Origin: Promethearchaeia archaeon
GTDB taxonomy: Archaea > Asgardarchaeota > Lokiarchaeia > Sigyniarchaeales > SOKP01
Reading direction: 5' to 3'
DNA length: 52,390 nucleotides
Assembly (NCBI GenBank): GCA_029856145.1
Contig: JAHQWK010000007.1
Coordinates: 1-52,390, forward strand
Positions 38,284-48,433 of the stretch are shown here, piece by piece. The notes beneath the pieces were generated by a model, which saw only the letters and a list, made by a program, of their open reading frames with translations, had not been told where the DNA came from and searched no databases. The position numbers and the translations under genes are program-made. Position 1 is the stretch's first letter, and each line of letters starts with the position of its first letter.

Positions 38284-39033
38284 TCATAGTAAACCTAGGC
38301 TCATTACCATTACAATCATTCCAAGGATAATTCCTATGATTGAAAGATGTTCAAATCCGCAATCTCGAGACGCGGGGAGTAATTCATCGAGAGAAATGTA
38401 AACCATAAACCCACCTACACTAGCAAGCATTATACCTAATATATAATCATTTATAAAGGGAAAGAGGAAAAATCCTACAATTAAAGCTCCAATTGGTTCA
38501 CTTATTCCTGAAATAAATGACCAGAAGAAAGCTTTTTTTCTATTCTTAGTTGAGGTATAAATTGGAACTGCTACTGCGATACCTTCAGGAATATTATGGA
38601 GGGCAATGGCAAAGCATAACATAATACCGAGATCGATGTCTTTTATGGTAGCTACAAAGGTTGCCATACCTTCTGGGAAATTATGAATAAAAATACCAAG
38701 TGTGACGAGTAATGATGTTTTCTGTAAATTATTTTTAAAATCTCCTTTTTTATCTTCAAATTCGTATTTATGGGAAATTGAAATATCGATTATTAGCATT
38801 AGAACCATTCCAATTAAAAAAAAAAAGTTTCCTAATACGAACCCTAATGACTCTATACCTTCTTGTAATAATTCTACAAATGAAATTAATATCATTACTC
38901 CAACAGAAAATCCCATGATGAGCGAGATAAACTTCTTCCTAGGTTCTTTCACAATAAAAGCAATAACACTACCTATAGTTGTGGATAAACCAGCGATTGT
39001 AGTTAAAATAAGTGCAAATAAAAAAGCTTCCAT
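38284..39033 (-). CDS. zupT: ZIP family zinc transporter ZupT
   Basis: IHNFPEG, IALHNIPEG, SEPIG, YISLDELLP. Confidence 0.9.
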   Translation of the reverse strand: MEAFLFALILTTIAGLSTTIGSVIAFIVKEPRKKFISLIMGFSVGVMILISFVELLQEGIESLGFVLGNFFFLIGMVLMLIIDISISHKYEFEDKKGDFKNNLQKTSLLVTLGIFIHNFPEGMATFVATIKDIDLGIMLCFAIALHNIPEGIAVAVPIYTSTKNRKKAFFWSFISGISEPIGALIVGFFLFPFINDYILGIMLASVGGFMVYISLDELLPASRDCGFEHLSIIGIILGMIVMVMSLGLL

Positions 39034-39092
39034 AATTACTAACCGTGTATACAAATATATATAATTTTTTTAGTTCAATACTTTATTTTTTT

Positions 39093-39734
39093 TTATAATT
39101 TTTTCATACCAATTGCAGTAATCCAGCCTTTTTTATATTCTTCAGAAATTTGGATATTAGAAAATCCCGCTTCTCCTAAAAATTTTCTATACTCTTCTGG
39201 AGTATGAATAGGAAAATTTCCTAATTTTGACCATTTTTTAGCTTTATTTCTTTTTTTTTCATTATTACTTATATATCCTTCATTAACTAAGATCAAATGC
39301 CCATTTGGTTTAAGAACCCTATAAATTTCTTTTAGATCTCTTGTTAAATCTGGCCAGAAGTAATATGCCTCAAAACCACTAATTAAATTGAAGAAATTAT
39401 CTGTGAAAGGGAGAGATGACACAGAACCTTGGTATATTTCAACAATTCCTTGTTCGATATATCTCTTATTAATTTCCTTACTTATATATACTGCAGTTCC
39501 AGAATAGTCTATTCCATAAATCTTTCCATTTAATACCATTTTAGCATAACGTTCTATATTTCCACCGCCACCACATCCAATATCTAAAATTATATAATTT
39601 GGATCTATTATAACATGCGATAAACCCCATACTGCTAACTTTGCATGCCCTTTATTCATGCCTTTTGCAATTATTTTTCCCAGTCTTCCAGATGGCTTTC
39701 TTACTTGGTCAACTAATTTTTGTTTAAAGCCCAT
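39093..39734 (-). CDS. Class I SAM-dependent methyltransferase
   Basis: ILDIGCGGG, GIDYS, YFWPDL, RVLKPNG. Confidence 0.9.
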   Translation of the reverse strand: MGFKQKLVDQVRKPSGRLGKIIAKGMNKGHAKLAVWGLSHVIIDPNYIILDIGCGGGGNIERYAKMVLNGKIYGIDYSGTAVYISKEINKRYIEQGIVEIYQGSVSSLPFTDNFFNLISGFEAYYFWPDLTRDLKEIYRVLKPNGHLILVNEGYISNNEKKRNKAKKWSKLGNFPIHTPEEYRKFLGEAGFSNIQISEEYKKGWITAIGMKKL

Positions 39735-39763
39735 TTTGAGATAATCATCTGTTTTATAATTAA

Positions 39764-40525
39764 TTATTTGATTCCATATAACAAACCCATTGTTTTGAGT
39801 TCAAATTTCAATAAATTAGGCATTGATATCTCATGAGCGGTCTCAATAAAATTAACCTCCTCAATACCCCATTCCTTAATATCTCTTATTAATTCTTCAA
39901 CAACACCAAATTTTTTTTCATTTTTTAATGTATCTTGTAGAGAAAATACCCCTCCTTTTTTTAAAACTCTAAAAGACTCATTTATGAGTTTTTTTTTATC
40001 TTTAATATCTCGAACTTCATGATATACAAAATTACTCACAATAGCATCAAACTCACCATCTTTAAAGGGTAAATTAGAAGCACTTGCTTTTTGAAATACA
40101 ACTTGGTTTGTCACCCCCTCGAGTTTGGCATTTTTTTCACACTTAAGTTTAGAATAATTCCATAATTTTCCCCAATAATCAATTCCCATAACAAAAGATT
40201 CAGGAAATTTTTTCGCAAGCTCAATAGCTAATGCTCCGGCTCCTGTGCCAATATCAAGTGCTTTACCCTGTCCATTCCACGATAATTTCTGGATAACCAA
40301 ATTCCAAACTTTATATTGTAGCTTTTTATTATGTACTGAAAATTGATAGAATAAATACATTAAGTACAAAAAAGGTAAAAGAAGTAATCCTGATATTATC
40401 CATAATATTATTCTAATAACTAGGAATATTGGGAATAAGGACGGAATTAATAGGATTAAAATAATGCCTAATGTTGCGTATAATAAATTTAATGGTACCC
40501 AATTTCCATAATTTGCTGAGTCCAT
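39764..40525 (-). CDS. Membrane-anchored class I SAM-dependent methyltransferase
   Basis: N-terminal TMs, LDIGTGAG, LPFKDGEFD, RVLKKGG. Confidence 0.85.
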   Translation of the reverse strand: MDSANYGNWVPLNLLYATLGIILILLIPSLFPIFLVIRIILWIISGLLLLPFLYLMYLFYQFSVHNKKLQYKVWNLVIQKLSWNGQGKALDIGTGAGALAIELAKKFPESFVMGIDYWGKLWNYSKLKCEKNAKLEGVTNQVVFQKASASNLPFKDGEFDAIVSNFVYHEVRDIKDKKKLINESFRVLKKGGVFSLQDTLKNEKKFGVVEELIRDIKEWGIEEVNFIETAHEISMPNLLKFELKTMGLLYGIK

Positions 40526-40547
40526 GATATTTTAGCACCTATACATC

Positions 40548-41165
40548 TTATCCTTTATTCTTTCTTAAACTAAACGGTGTGTATCTTCCGACTTTTTTGC
40601 TATATTTTTCAAATTCTTCTCCAAACCTAATAGCAAGAAATCTTTCTTCGTTTCTAACCTTTGAATTAAATGTTATAATGTTCGCTATTAAGAAGATAAG
40701 TGAAATCATCGTCGGAATAATAAGAAAACTTCCGAATACAAGCAAATAAACCCCTATAACAATAGGATTCCTCATTAGCCTGTAAATTCCGGTGGTTATT
40801 AATGTAGTTTCTTCCTTTGGCAGGTCAATTCTAAAGTTAGATCCTAATGCAGCTGTTCCCAAAAAATCTAGTAACAACCCGAAAAAAATAATAATAATAC
40901 CTAAAATAATCCAATAATCTGAAATTAACAATTTAAAAGCTAAAAATTGTAAGATTATTGCATTATCTATAATAAAAAGAATAATATATATTACCCAGGG
41001 AAATATCGCTATAGGAGTTAACCTAGTCAATAGTGAGGCTCCGTTATGTGTTATATGAGGATCATTCCCCTTCTTCTTTATTTTGACCATGGGTGCAAAC
41101 ATCCCTATAAGAAACAAGACAACAACTATGATAAAAAAAGATTTAATAAAAATTGGCTCAATCAT
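40548..41165 (-). CDS. ICMT/PEMT family protein
   Basis: LITTGIYRLMRNPI, EERFLAIRFGEEF. Confidence 0.85.
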   Translation of the reverse strand: MIEPIFIKSFFIIVVVLFLIGMFAPMVKIKKKGNDPHITHNGASLLTRLTPIAIFPWVIYIILFIIDNAIILQFLAFKLLISDYWIILGIIIIFFGLLLDFLGTAALGSNFRIDLPKEETTLITTGIYRLMRNPIVIGVYLLVFGSFLIIPTMISLIFLIANIITFNSKVRNEERFLAIRFGEEFEKYSKKVGRYTPFSLRKNKG

Positions 41166-41187
41166 TTTCAGTCTCCTTTCACTTTGT

Positions 41188-41748
41188 TTAAAAAAACAAG
41201 AAATACCTTGGTACTTGCTTTTTATAATTCAAGTATGATTCTCCATATTGCCCAGTTAAGGCCTTTTCTTCTCCTAATATGCTGAAATAAGCGCATATAA
41301 CTGAAATAAATAGGAATATCAAATTAATCCAAGAGCCAATCACAAGTATCATTCCTGCAATGATGAGATATAGCATGACGATTTGAGGATTTCGAGATAT
41401 TTTATATAATTTTCTGGTTATCGGTTTGTCTAAAGGCGCATTTCGATAATTTATGATAGCAATGACTAATCCAATTAATCCAATCGAGTATAATATTGTC
41501 CCAACAATGAACTCTACAGTTCTATATTGTATAACTCCAAAAAAAATCATGATAATATTAGCAAATGAAAATAATTTACCAATGGCTGTTATTATTTTTG
41601 TTTTCTTATCCCATAAAGACCTATCATATAATCGCTTTCTTACCTCTTTAGAACACGTACTCATGATGATAATAAAGACCACTAAATAAAAGACAAAATA
41701 TATCCATCCGTTAATCAATCCAAATCTAATTTCTGGTATCAAATCCAT
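41188..41748 (-). CDS. ICMT/PEMT family protein
   Basis: LYKISRNPQ, EEKALTGQYGESY..YKKQVPRY. Confidence 0.85.
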   Translation of the reverse strand: MDLIPEIRFGLINGWIYFVFYLVVFIIIMSTCSKEVRKRLYDRSLWDKKTKIITAIGKLFSFANIIMIFFGVIQYRTVEFIVGTILYSIGLIGLVIAIINYRNAPLDKPITRKLYKISRNPQIVMLYLIIAGMILVIGSWINLIFLFISVICAYFSILGEEKALTGQYGESYLNYKKQVPRYFLFF

Positions 41749-42139
41749 TCTACATCATTTTATGAAAAAATTATTAATTGTTATATATTGAATTCAAAAT
41801 CATTAAAGTATTGACTAAAAACTGGTTTTAAAGTGCTTTTTTTATTTAATCGTTTCATTACTTTATTTTTAATTTTAGTGCAATACTCAGAATCATTATT
41901 AAACCCTATGATTACTTCACCTAATAACTGATAGTTTATCTTTATATTTAAATTTAGTTATACCTAATTTACTATAAATATTATCACAATTACTATGAGC
42001 TATATAGGATTTTACAATTCTTAGAAAATATCCAACAAAAGTTAAATATTTTATATATGTATAATATGTTATACTAAATATAAATAGAACTGTAAAGGAC
42101 AAAACTAAAAGAAAAACCCTAATGTAAAAATTGGAACAA

Positions 42140-42447
42140 ATGAAAATTGTAATAATACTTTTCTCTCCTTTTAAAAATACATTAAAAATTGGAAACATAA
42201 TTCAAGAGACATTTATTAGTTTGGATTGTAATTGTGTTCTGTTAGATTTAACAGGAAAAACATGGGAAGAAATTATCAACTACGATTATTCTACAATTCC
42301 CAAAATGATTTACTAATCATAGGGTCAGGAGTTTATGCGTGGAGACCAGTTGAACCAATTCAAATATTTCTAAAGAATCTTCCTCGTAGTTCTAATGTAA
42401 AAGTCTTTTTTCTTGTTTATTTTAAATTTTTAAATCAAATTGAGTAG
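42140..42447 (+). pseudogene. Frameshifted, truncated flavodoxin-like (EFR1-type) gene
   Basis: MKIVIILFSPFKNTLKIG... changes frame near 42300 to ...NDLLIIGSGVYAW..., then runs into the end of the GH3 gene. Confidence 0.65.
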
Positions 42448-44461
42448 ATAAAAGATCTTCATTTCTTGATGACGCTCCGATATAAAGATTGTATCTAATC
42501 TGTTCAATCTCCCAAGATTTGGATTTTGGGTTGTACCATGCGAGATTTTTTATTGGAACCTCAATTTTTACATTATTTATTTCATTTGGTTTGAGTGAGA
42601 CACGAGAAAATCCTTTTAAAAGTTTTACAGGGCGGTCGATTTGAGTGTTTTCAAAACCTATATATAATTGAACCACTTCATCTCCAGCAACTTTTCCTAT
42701 ATTTTTAATATCCACCATTGTAATGATTTTATCTCCTTTTAATTCAACTTTTAAATTACTATAATTAAATGTTGTATAACTTAAACCGAATCCAAAAGCA
42801 AACGCTGGTTCATAATCCTTTTTTTCAAAAAGAGTGTACCCATGATAATATCCATATTCAATTTCATCCGCTTTTTTATCAAAAAATGGTAAATGCTTAG
42901 GATCTTTTGGAATTGTAAAAGGCAATTTTCCACCTGGATTTACATCTCCAAAAAGTATTTTTGCCAAAGCTTTTCCTCCTTCCATACCCGAATACCATGT
43001 CATTAGTATAGCAGGTACTTTATCTTTCCATTCCTCCATAGTAATAGCACTTCCTCCAACCAGAACAACAACACAGTTTTTGATTTCATTAGTAACTAAA
43101 TTAATTAATTCTACATGATCATCATGTAAAAATAGATTCTCTCGATCTCCACCAGTTCTGAATTCACGGATATATTCTCCTTCATCCTTATAAGTTAATC
43201 CAACGACCACAATCGCTGCATCTGCTTCTTTAGCCATCTTTTTAACACTATCTTTATCTCTTCCATCATTATAAAGTAATTCAATTGAATCTCCTAAGAA
43301 GTTTTTAATACCTTTTACTGGAGTAATACTTTTTTTGGTATTTACATTACTACTGCCATGATCACCAGTATTTCTAATTCTTGCTAATCTTCCAAATATC
43401 GTTAATTTATTAATCTTGTTTTTATTTAATGGTAAAATAACCTTTTCATTTTTAAGGAGTACCATACTCTTTTCTGCGGCTTCTAGTGCTATTTTACGAT
43501 GTTCTTCACAACCAATTAAGTTAGGTTGATAAATTTGGGGATCTTCTTTTGTAGTATAACGTAAAATCGTACGCATGACTCGTCCAGCAGCCTTATCAAT
43601 CATTATTTCTAAAATTTTACCTTGTTTTAGAGCTTCTTCTATTTTCCTAAATTTATAGTATTTTGGTCGAGGCATTTCAACATCTAATCCTCCTGTTATT
43701 CCCCCGACAGTGTCTTTCACACCATGCATCCAATCAGAATGAACAAATCCCTGGAAATTCCATTCTCCTTTCAAAATATCCCGTAATAAATAGTCATTAT
43801 GACCACAATATTTCCCTCGAACTTTATTATAAGCACTCATTATAGTAGCACATCCTTCTTCCACACAACGTTTGAAGTGAGGAAGATATACTTCACGAAG
43901 AGTACGCTCATCCATTTCCACATTTACTTTGAATCGTGCATTTTCAATGCTATTTGCAGCAAAATGTTTGGCAGTAGCCATTACATTATGTTTTTGTACC
44001 CCACGAGTTAACGCAGCACCAAATTCTCCTATTAGAAAAGAATCTTCTCCATATGTTTCTTGTGCTCTCCCCCACGATGGATGTCGTAAATTATTAATAC
44101 AAACACCGCAAAAAAGATTACCTCCATGTGCTCGAACTTCTTTTCCTATCACATCACCAATTCTTTCCTCTAAATCTACATCCCAAGATGCTCCACGAGC
44201 CATTGATACAGGAAAACAGGTAGAACCAGGAATTGTTACTCCTCGAGGTCCATCAGTAAATTTAAATGGAGGGATATTAAATTTTTCGGAACCTGCCGCA
44301 TCATATACTCGCCGGCCAAACCCTCCGTCCATTATCACTTTTAGATGTATTCCATTCCCTCTCATTTGTTTGACTTTTTCTTCCAAAGTCATTTGATTAA
44401 GCACATTATTGACATAATCTTCAATTTCTTTTTCATTCATGTTTTTCTTAATATCAGTCAA
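42422..44461 (-). CDS. Glycoside hydrolase family 3 beta-glucosidase
   Basis: DGPRG, GRAQETYGED, AKHF, SDW nucleophile, FGFGLSYT, Fn3-like C-terminus. Confidence 0.92.
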   Translation of the reverse strand: MTDIKKNMNEKEIEDYVNNVLNQMTLEEKVKQMRGNGIHLKVIMDGGFGRRVYDAAGSEKFNIPPFKFTDGPRGVTIPGSTCFPVSMARGASWDVDLEERIGDVIGKEVRAHGGNLFCGVCINNLRHPSWGRAQETYGEDSFLIGEFGAALTRGVQKHNVMATAKHFAANSIENARFKVNVEMDERTLREVYLPHFKRCVEEGCATIMSAYNKVRGKYCGHNDYLLRDILKGEWNFQGFVHSDWMHGVKDTVGGITGGLDVEMPRPKYYKFRKIEEALKQGKILEIMIDKAAGRVMRTILRYTTKEDPQIYQPNLIGCEEHRKIALEAAEKSMVLLKNEKVILPLNKNKINKLTIFGRLARIRNTGDHGSSNVNTKKSITPVKGIKNFLGDSIELLYNDGRDKDSVKKMAKEADAAIVVVGLTYKDEGEYIREFRTGGDRENLFLHDDHVELINLVTNEIKNCVVVLVGGSAITMEEWKDKVPAILMTWYSGMEGGKALAKILFGDVNPGGKLPFTIPKDPKHLPFFDKKADEIEYGYYHGYTLFEKKDYEPAFAFGFGLSYTTFNYSNLKVELKGDKIITMVDIKNIGKVAGDEVVQLYIGFENTQIDRPVKLLKGFSRVSLKPNEINNVKIEVPIKNLAWYNPKSKSWEIEQIRYNLYIGASSRNEDLLSTQFDLKI

Positions 44462-44723
44462 CCAAAATACATCTAATTAAAATGGAAATTTTAAACTTAA
44501 TAAAAAAAAATTAAGATTTAAAGTAAATTTTACTTTTTTTGGTTTTTTAGACGGATACTCCAAGATCTGATAAACTAAGGAACAACCACGGAAAAAAGCT
44601 TTACAATTTTGCTGATTTTAATTTCGGTAATGTCGACTTATAGTATATTGGCGAGATATTTATTATAGCTTTATCATTTCACATACTATAAGAAAGATAA
44701 ACTATACAATGAAGTTTTAAATT

Positions 44724-45566
44724 ATGATGGAAGAAAGAATATGTCTAATAACTGGGGCTAATTCTGGTATTGGTAAAGAAACAGCAAAGGTTTTAGCAAA
44801 AATGAACGTTACCGTAGTAATGCTTTGCCGTAATAAAGAACGCGGAGAGGAAGCACGAAAGGAAATCATCGAGCAGACAGGAAACAAAAGAGTGGATTTA
44901 CTTTTATGTGATTTATCATCTCAAAATGCCATTCGTAAAGCTGTTTCAGAATTCAAGAATAAATATCAAAATTTACATATCTTAATAAACAACGCTGGAG
45001 TTATGCTTAAGAAACGAAAATTATCTGTTGAAGGATATGAAATGAATTTTGCTGCACATCTTCTAGCACCATTTCTATTAACTAATTTATTGCTTGATAC
45101 TCTAAAAAAGAGTGCTCCAAGTCGTATTATTAATGTCGCTTCAGCAGCACATAAAAGAGCCAAAATGGATTTTGACGATCTTCAGAGTGAAAATAAGAAA
45201 TATAGCTTATTTAGAGTATACGGTGTCTCAAAATTAGCAGAGATATTATTTACCTATGAATTAAGTAGGAGACTAGAGGGAACTAAAGTAACTGCTAATA
45301 CCCTTCATCCAGGCGTAGTGAATACTAATTTAAGTAGAGATCATTCAAAATATAGCCAATGGTTTGCAAAAAAATTCTTCAAAAGTCCAGAAGAAGGAGC
45401 TGAAACTTCAATATATTTAGCATCTTCACCAGAAGTGGAAGGAATAACTGGGAAGTATTTTATAAATAAAGAACCAAGACAATCCTCGGAAGAATCTTAC
45501 AATGAAGAATATGCTAAACGATTATGGAAGATTTGTGCAGAAATGACAGGGTTAAATGTTCAATAA
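44724..45566 (+). CDS. SDR oxidoreductase (retinol dehydrogenase-like)
   Basis: TGANSGIG, NNAG, YGVSK, HPGVV. Confidence 0.9.
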   Translation: MMEERICLITGANSGIGKETAKVLAKMNVTVVMLCRNKERGEEARKEIIEQTGNKRVDLLLCDLSSQNAIRKAVSEFKNKYQNLHILINNAGVMLKKRKLSVEGYEMNFAAHLLAPFLLTNLLLDTLKKSAPSRIINVASAAHKRAKMDFDDLQSENKKYSLFRVYGVSKLAEILFTYELSRRLEGTKVTANTLHPGVVNTNLSRDHSKYSQWFAKKFFKSPEEGAETSIYLASSPEVEGITGKYFINKEPRQSSEESYNEEYAKRLWKICAEMTGLNVQ

Positions 45567-45632
45567 TTTTGTTTATTAATTATTTTTCTTTTTTTAAATT
45601 AAACTCTAAATTAATTGAACAATAAAATTTGA

Positions 45633-46229
45633 TTGAAAATGTTTCATGATATACCAGAATCTATAAAGAAACGAATGCAATATTTAGAAGAATTAGATAC
45701 ACAGGATAGAATAGATGGAACACATAGAATGGAAAGGCTCCGTCAAATACCTCCTGAAACAGGTAAATTTCTTTCAATTCTAGCTGCTAGTGCCCCAAAA
45801 GGGGATTTTTTAGAAATTGGGACTAGTGCAGGATATTCTACTCTATGGATAGCTCTTGTGTGCCAACTGATTGGAAATAAAGTAATCACGTTTGAAATTT
45901 TAAAAGAAAAGGCAGAATTAGCAAGAGAAACATTTGAATTAACTAATTTAAAAGATGTTGTCGAATTAATAGAAGGTGATGCGAGAGATTATATTCCTAA
46001 TTATAAGAATATATCATTTTGTTTTCTAGATGCAGAAAAAGAAGTTTACGATGACTGTTATGATCTTATCATACCAAATATGATTGAAGGGGGGATTCTT
46101 GTTGCTGATAATGCAATCAATCATTATAAGACATTAAAGCCAATGTTGGATAAAGCTTTAGCTGATGAGCGAGTAGATGCCTTGATAGTCCCTATTGGAA
46201 AAGGAGAACTAGTATGTAGAAGAATTTAA
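45633..46229 (+). CDS. O-methyltransferase (COMT/CCoAOMT-like)
   Basis: [21 protein letters not shown]. Confidence 0.85.
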   Translation: MKMFHDIPESIKKRMQYLEELDTQDRIDGTHRMERLRQIPPETGKFLSILAASAPKGDFLEIGTSAGYSTLWIALVCQLIGNKVITFEILKEKAELARETFELTNLKDVVELIEGDARDYIPNYKNISFCFLDAEKEVYDDCYDLIIPNMIEGGILVADNAINHYKTLKPMLDKALADERVDALIVPIGKGELVCRRI

Positions 46230-46238
46230 AGATTATTC

Positions 46239-47120
46239 TCAAATACCTTTTGAGATTTTAAAACCTTCACTTAGCCAATAAGCAATAGCTTCTTTAAGTT
46301 TTTGAGGATATTTCTCAAGTTCCGATTTAGGTATTAATTCTGGAAGCGCCTTATCAATCATATAAGGAATATTATCTAGGTTCTCAATATTTTCCTCAAA
46401 TAATCTCCACCACTTATTTAAATTAGTGATAGATTCATCTAAAATACTTTTAGCTTCATCTCCATGGATTAAACCAAAATGTGACAAACTTATTGTATCA
46501 TAATCTATTCCTTTGAGTTTATCGACTGAGTTAAGATATTTATCTTTATCCCAATTTGGAGGTACAAAAGGGGGGACAAAAACAATATCTGAGACTTTAT
46601 CACCAAGAGCATCTCCTACAAAAAGATTTTTATTCTTCTCATCTAATATCGCAATATGATCCGTCATGTGCCCTGGAGTTTCAAAAATCTTTAATGTTAT
46701 TCCATCAAGATCAACAGTATCTCCTTCCTTTAGAGGTATTATATCAACCTCAATATTATTAAAGGGTCCTGTTCCAAAAACCTCATTATAAGATTGATCT
46801 CTTAAGTTTGGAATCGCTTCTACCGAAGCATATATTTCAATTTCTTTTCCCTCCTTCTTTGCTCTTTGACTTAAAAACGGGATAGCTTGACAATGATCCC
46901 AGTGAGAATGGGTTAATACAATCATATCTGGAGGGAAAGCATTCAACTCTTTTAGTTGTCTAAGGATCTTTCGAGCTTCAGTATGAGTTCCTGCATCTAT
47001 TAGGCATTTTTTTTCACTTTCAATGAGATAAAGAGCAGTAATATTAGGAACTCCAAACATTCTGATGTCAATGAGGGTTGTATCATCATTAACTTTTCCT
47101 TCTTTTCTAATAGCTGTCAT
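46239..47120 (-). CDS. MBL-fold metallo-hydrolase
   Basis: THSHWDH, TPGH, GD, SHFG. Confidence 0.9.
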   Translation of the reverse strand: MTAIRKEGKVNDDTTLIDIRMFGVPNITALYLIESEKKCLIDAGTHTEARKILRQLKELNAFPPDMIVLTHSHWDHCQAIPFLSQRAKKEGKEIEIYASVEAIPNLRDQSYNEVFGTGPFNNIEVDIIPLKEGDTVDLDGITLKIFETPGHMTDHIAILDEKNKNLFVGDALGDKVSDIVFVPPFVPPNWDKDKYLNSVDKLKGIDYDTISLSHFGLIHGDEAKSILDESITNLNKWWRLFEENIENLDNIPYMIDKALPELIPKSELEKYPQKLKEAIAYWLSEGFKISKGI

Positions 47121-47430
47121 TTAATCAACTCTTTTATATCTTATATTTTGTTATAATATTTTATCATCACTTTAATCTTATTTATAGTTTCATGCTTAAG
47201 TTTGTCATTGAATGTATAAGAAGAAAATTTTCTAAAGTTATATAATATTTAAAATTTTATGGATATCATTTGCTTTTTATGAGGATAAGATATTACTTCT
47301 AGATTCAAATAATTTTTTTACTATAGAAATACCATATTGGTGGGAAAAATCTTAAATTAGCAATTTTGAACCAAAATTATTAAATCCATTTAAACTAGAT
47401 TAATTAATTATAAGCTTTCAAAAATCATAC

Positions 47431-48369
47431 ATGTCTTTAGTTCTTATGAAATTATCTAAGTATAAAACCTTAATAATATTATTTTTTCTTTATATCTTAT
47501 TTTGGATAATTATAATTAGTGTACTAAAAATTCTATTTCAACCCGCGATTCCAATAGCATTAACTCGTTTGATACCTTTAGATGATGTGCTTTTAGAGCT
47601 CGGTATTATTTTCATTATAAGTCTTCCTCTTTCTTCATTAATTGGATTAATTGTTGGAGGTTACCTCATAGCCCCAATTATTTTATATTTGCACAAAAAA
47701 ATTTATGGCTCAAAAATGCATTATGGAATTCAAATGGAGCAAAGATCAGAAAAAATCAAGTTATTTTCAAAGAGCCTTTTTCCAACACTAATGGCAATTA
47801 ATCTTGCTTCTATTCTTTTTACTCCTACTATAGTACAATTTATCTTGACGGCAGATGTAACAAATATATTTGAGAATGTTTCCAAAATCCCTATGTTAAC
47901 ACGATTTTTTGTGGAAGTAATTTTACTTACATTAACATTCGGATTAGCAACGATGCTATTCTCCTCAGTTTGGTTTTTACATGATTCTGGAATAATTTAT
48001 TCAAATAAACAAAAAATAGAAAATTCTACTGAATCAATTGTATTACGTTCGATTGGTGATTGGTATCAAATAATTTTAAGAAGTTATGCAGGTATAGGAG
48101 CTATTATAACTTATATACTAGTTGTATATGATTTTATTACGAGATATATTGAGAACTTAGGAGCTCCTGGAAATATTTTTAATATTCCTAGCTTAGTGTT
48201 ATGGTTGGGGATGCCACTTTACCTAACAATTTCTTTAATACCAACAATAATAATCAACGATGTACTGAAAAGAAGGAGGATATCCTACATCAAAAGATTT
48301 AGTAACAAACTTGGAATTAAAGACTCTGCTGTTATCTCGTTTGAATTTAAAAAAAGAACTGATTTATGA
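47431..48369 (+). CDS. Multi-pass membrane protein of unknown function
   Basis: About six hydrophobic segments; WFLHDSGIIY. Confidence 0.7.
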   Translation: MSLVLMKLSKYKTLIILFFLYILFWIIIISVLKILFQPAIPIALTRLIPLDDVLLELGIIFIISLPLSSLIGLIVGGYLIAPIILYLHKKIYGSKMHYGIQMEQRSEKIKLFSKSLFPTLMAINLASILFTPTIVQFILTADVTNIFENVSKIPMLTRFFVEVILLTLTFGLATMLFSSVWFLHDSGIIYSNKQKIENSTESIVLRSIGDWYQIILRSYAGIGAIITYILVVYDFITRYIENLGAPGNIFNIPSLVLWLGMPLYLTISLIPTIIINDVLKRRRISYIKRFSNKLGIKDSAVISFEFKKRTDL

Positions 48370-48433
48370 TTAAAATTATTAATTCAATAGAGAGATCCTT
48401 TTAAATTTATATATTTAAATATTTAAGCCAAAA

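Noticed and set aside
41917-42198. 93-aa minus-strand ORF
   Set aside because: Extremely AT-rich, no motifs, and it overlaps the flavodoxin remnant and its upstream region; probably spurious.
42290-42330. Hairpin ATGATT-TACT-AATCAT at the flavodoxin frameshift as a second intron or programmed frameshift
   Set aside because: Excision would delete the conserved DLLIIG strand, there is no in-frame X XXY YYZ slippery site, and the gene is truncated anyway.
439-46762. Numerous short antisense or overlapping ORFs in the track (e.g. 439, 1588, 8092, 16106, 18343, 26979, 33015, 38702, 43929, 46556)
   Set aside because: They are shadows of longer genes with recognisable motifs and have no independent coding evidence.
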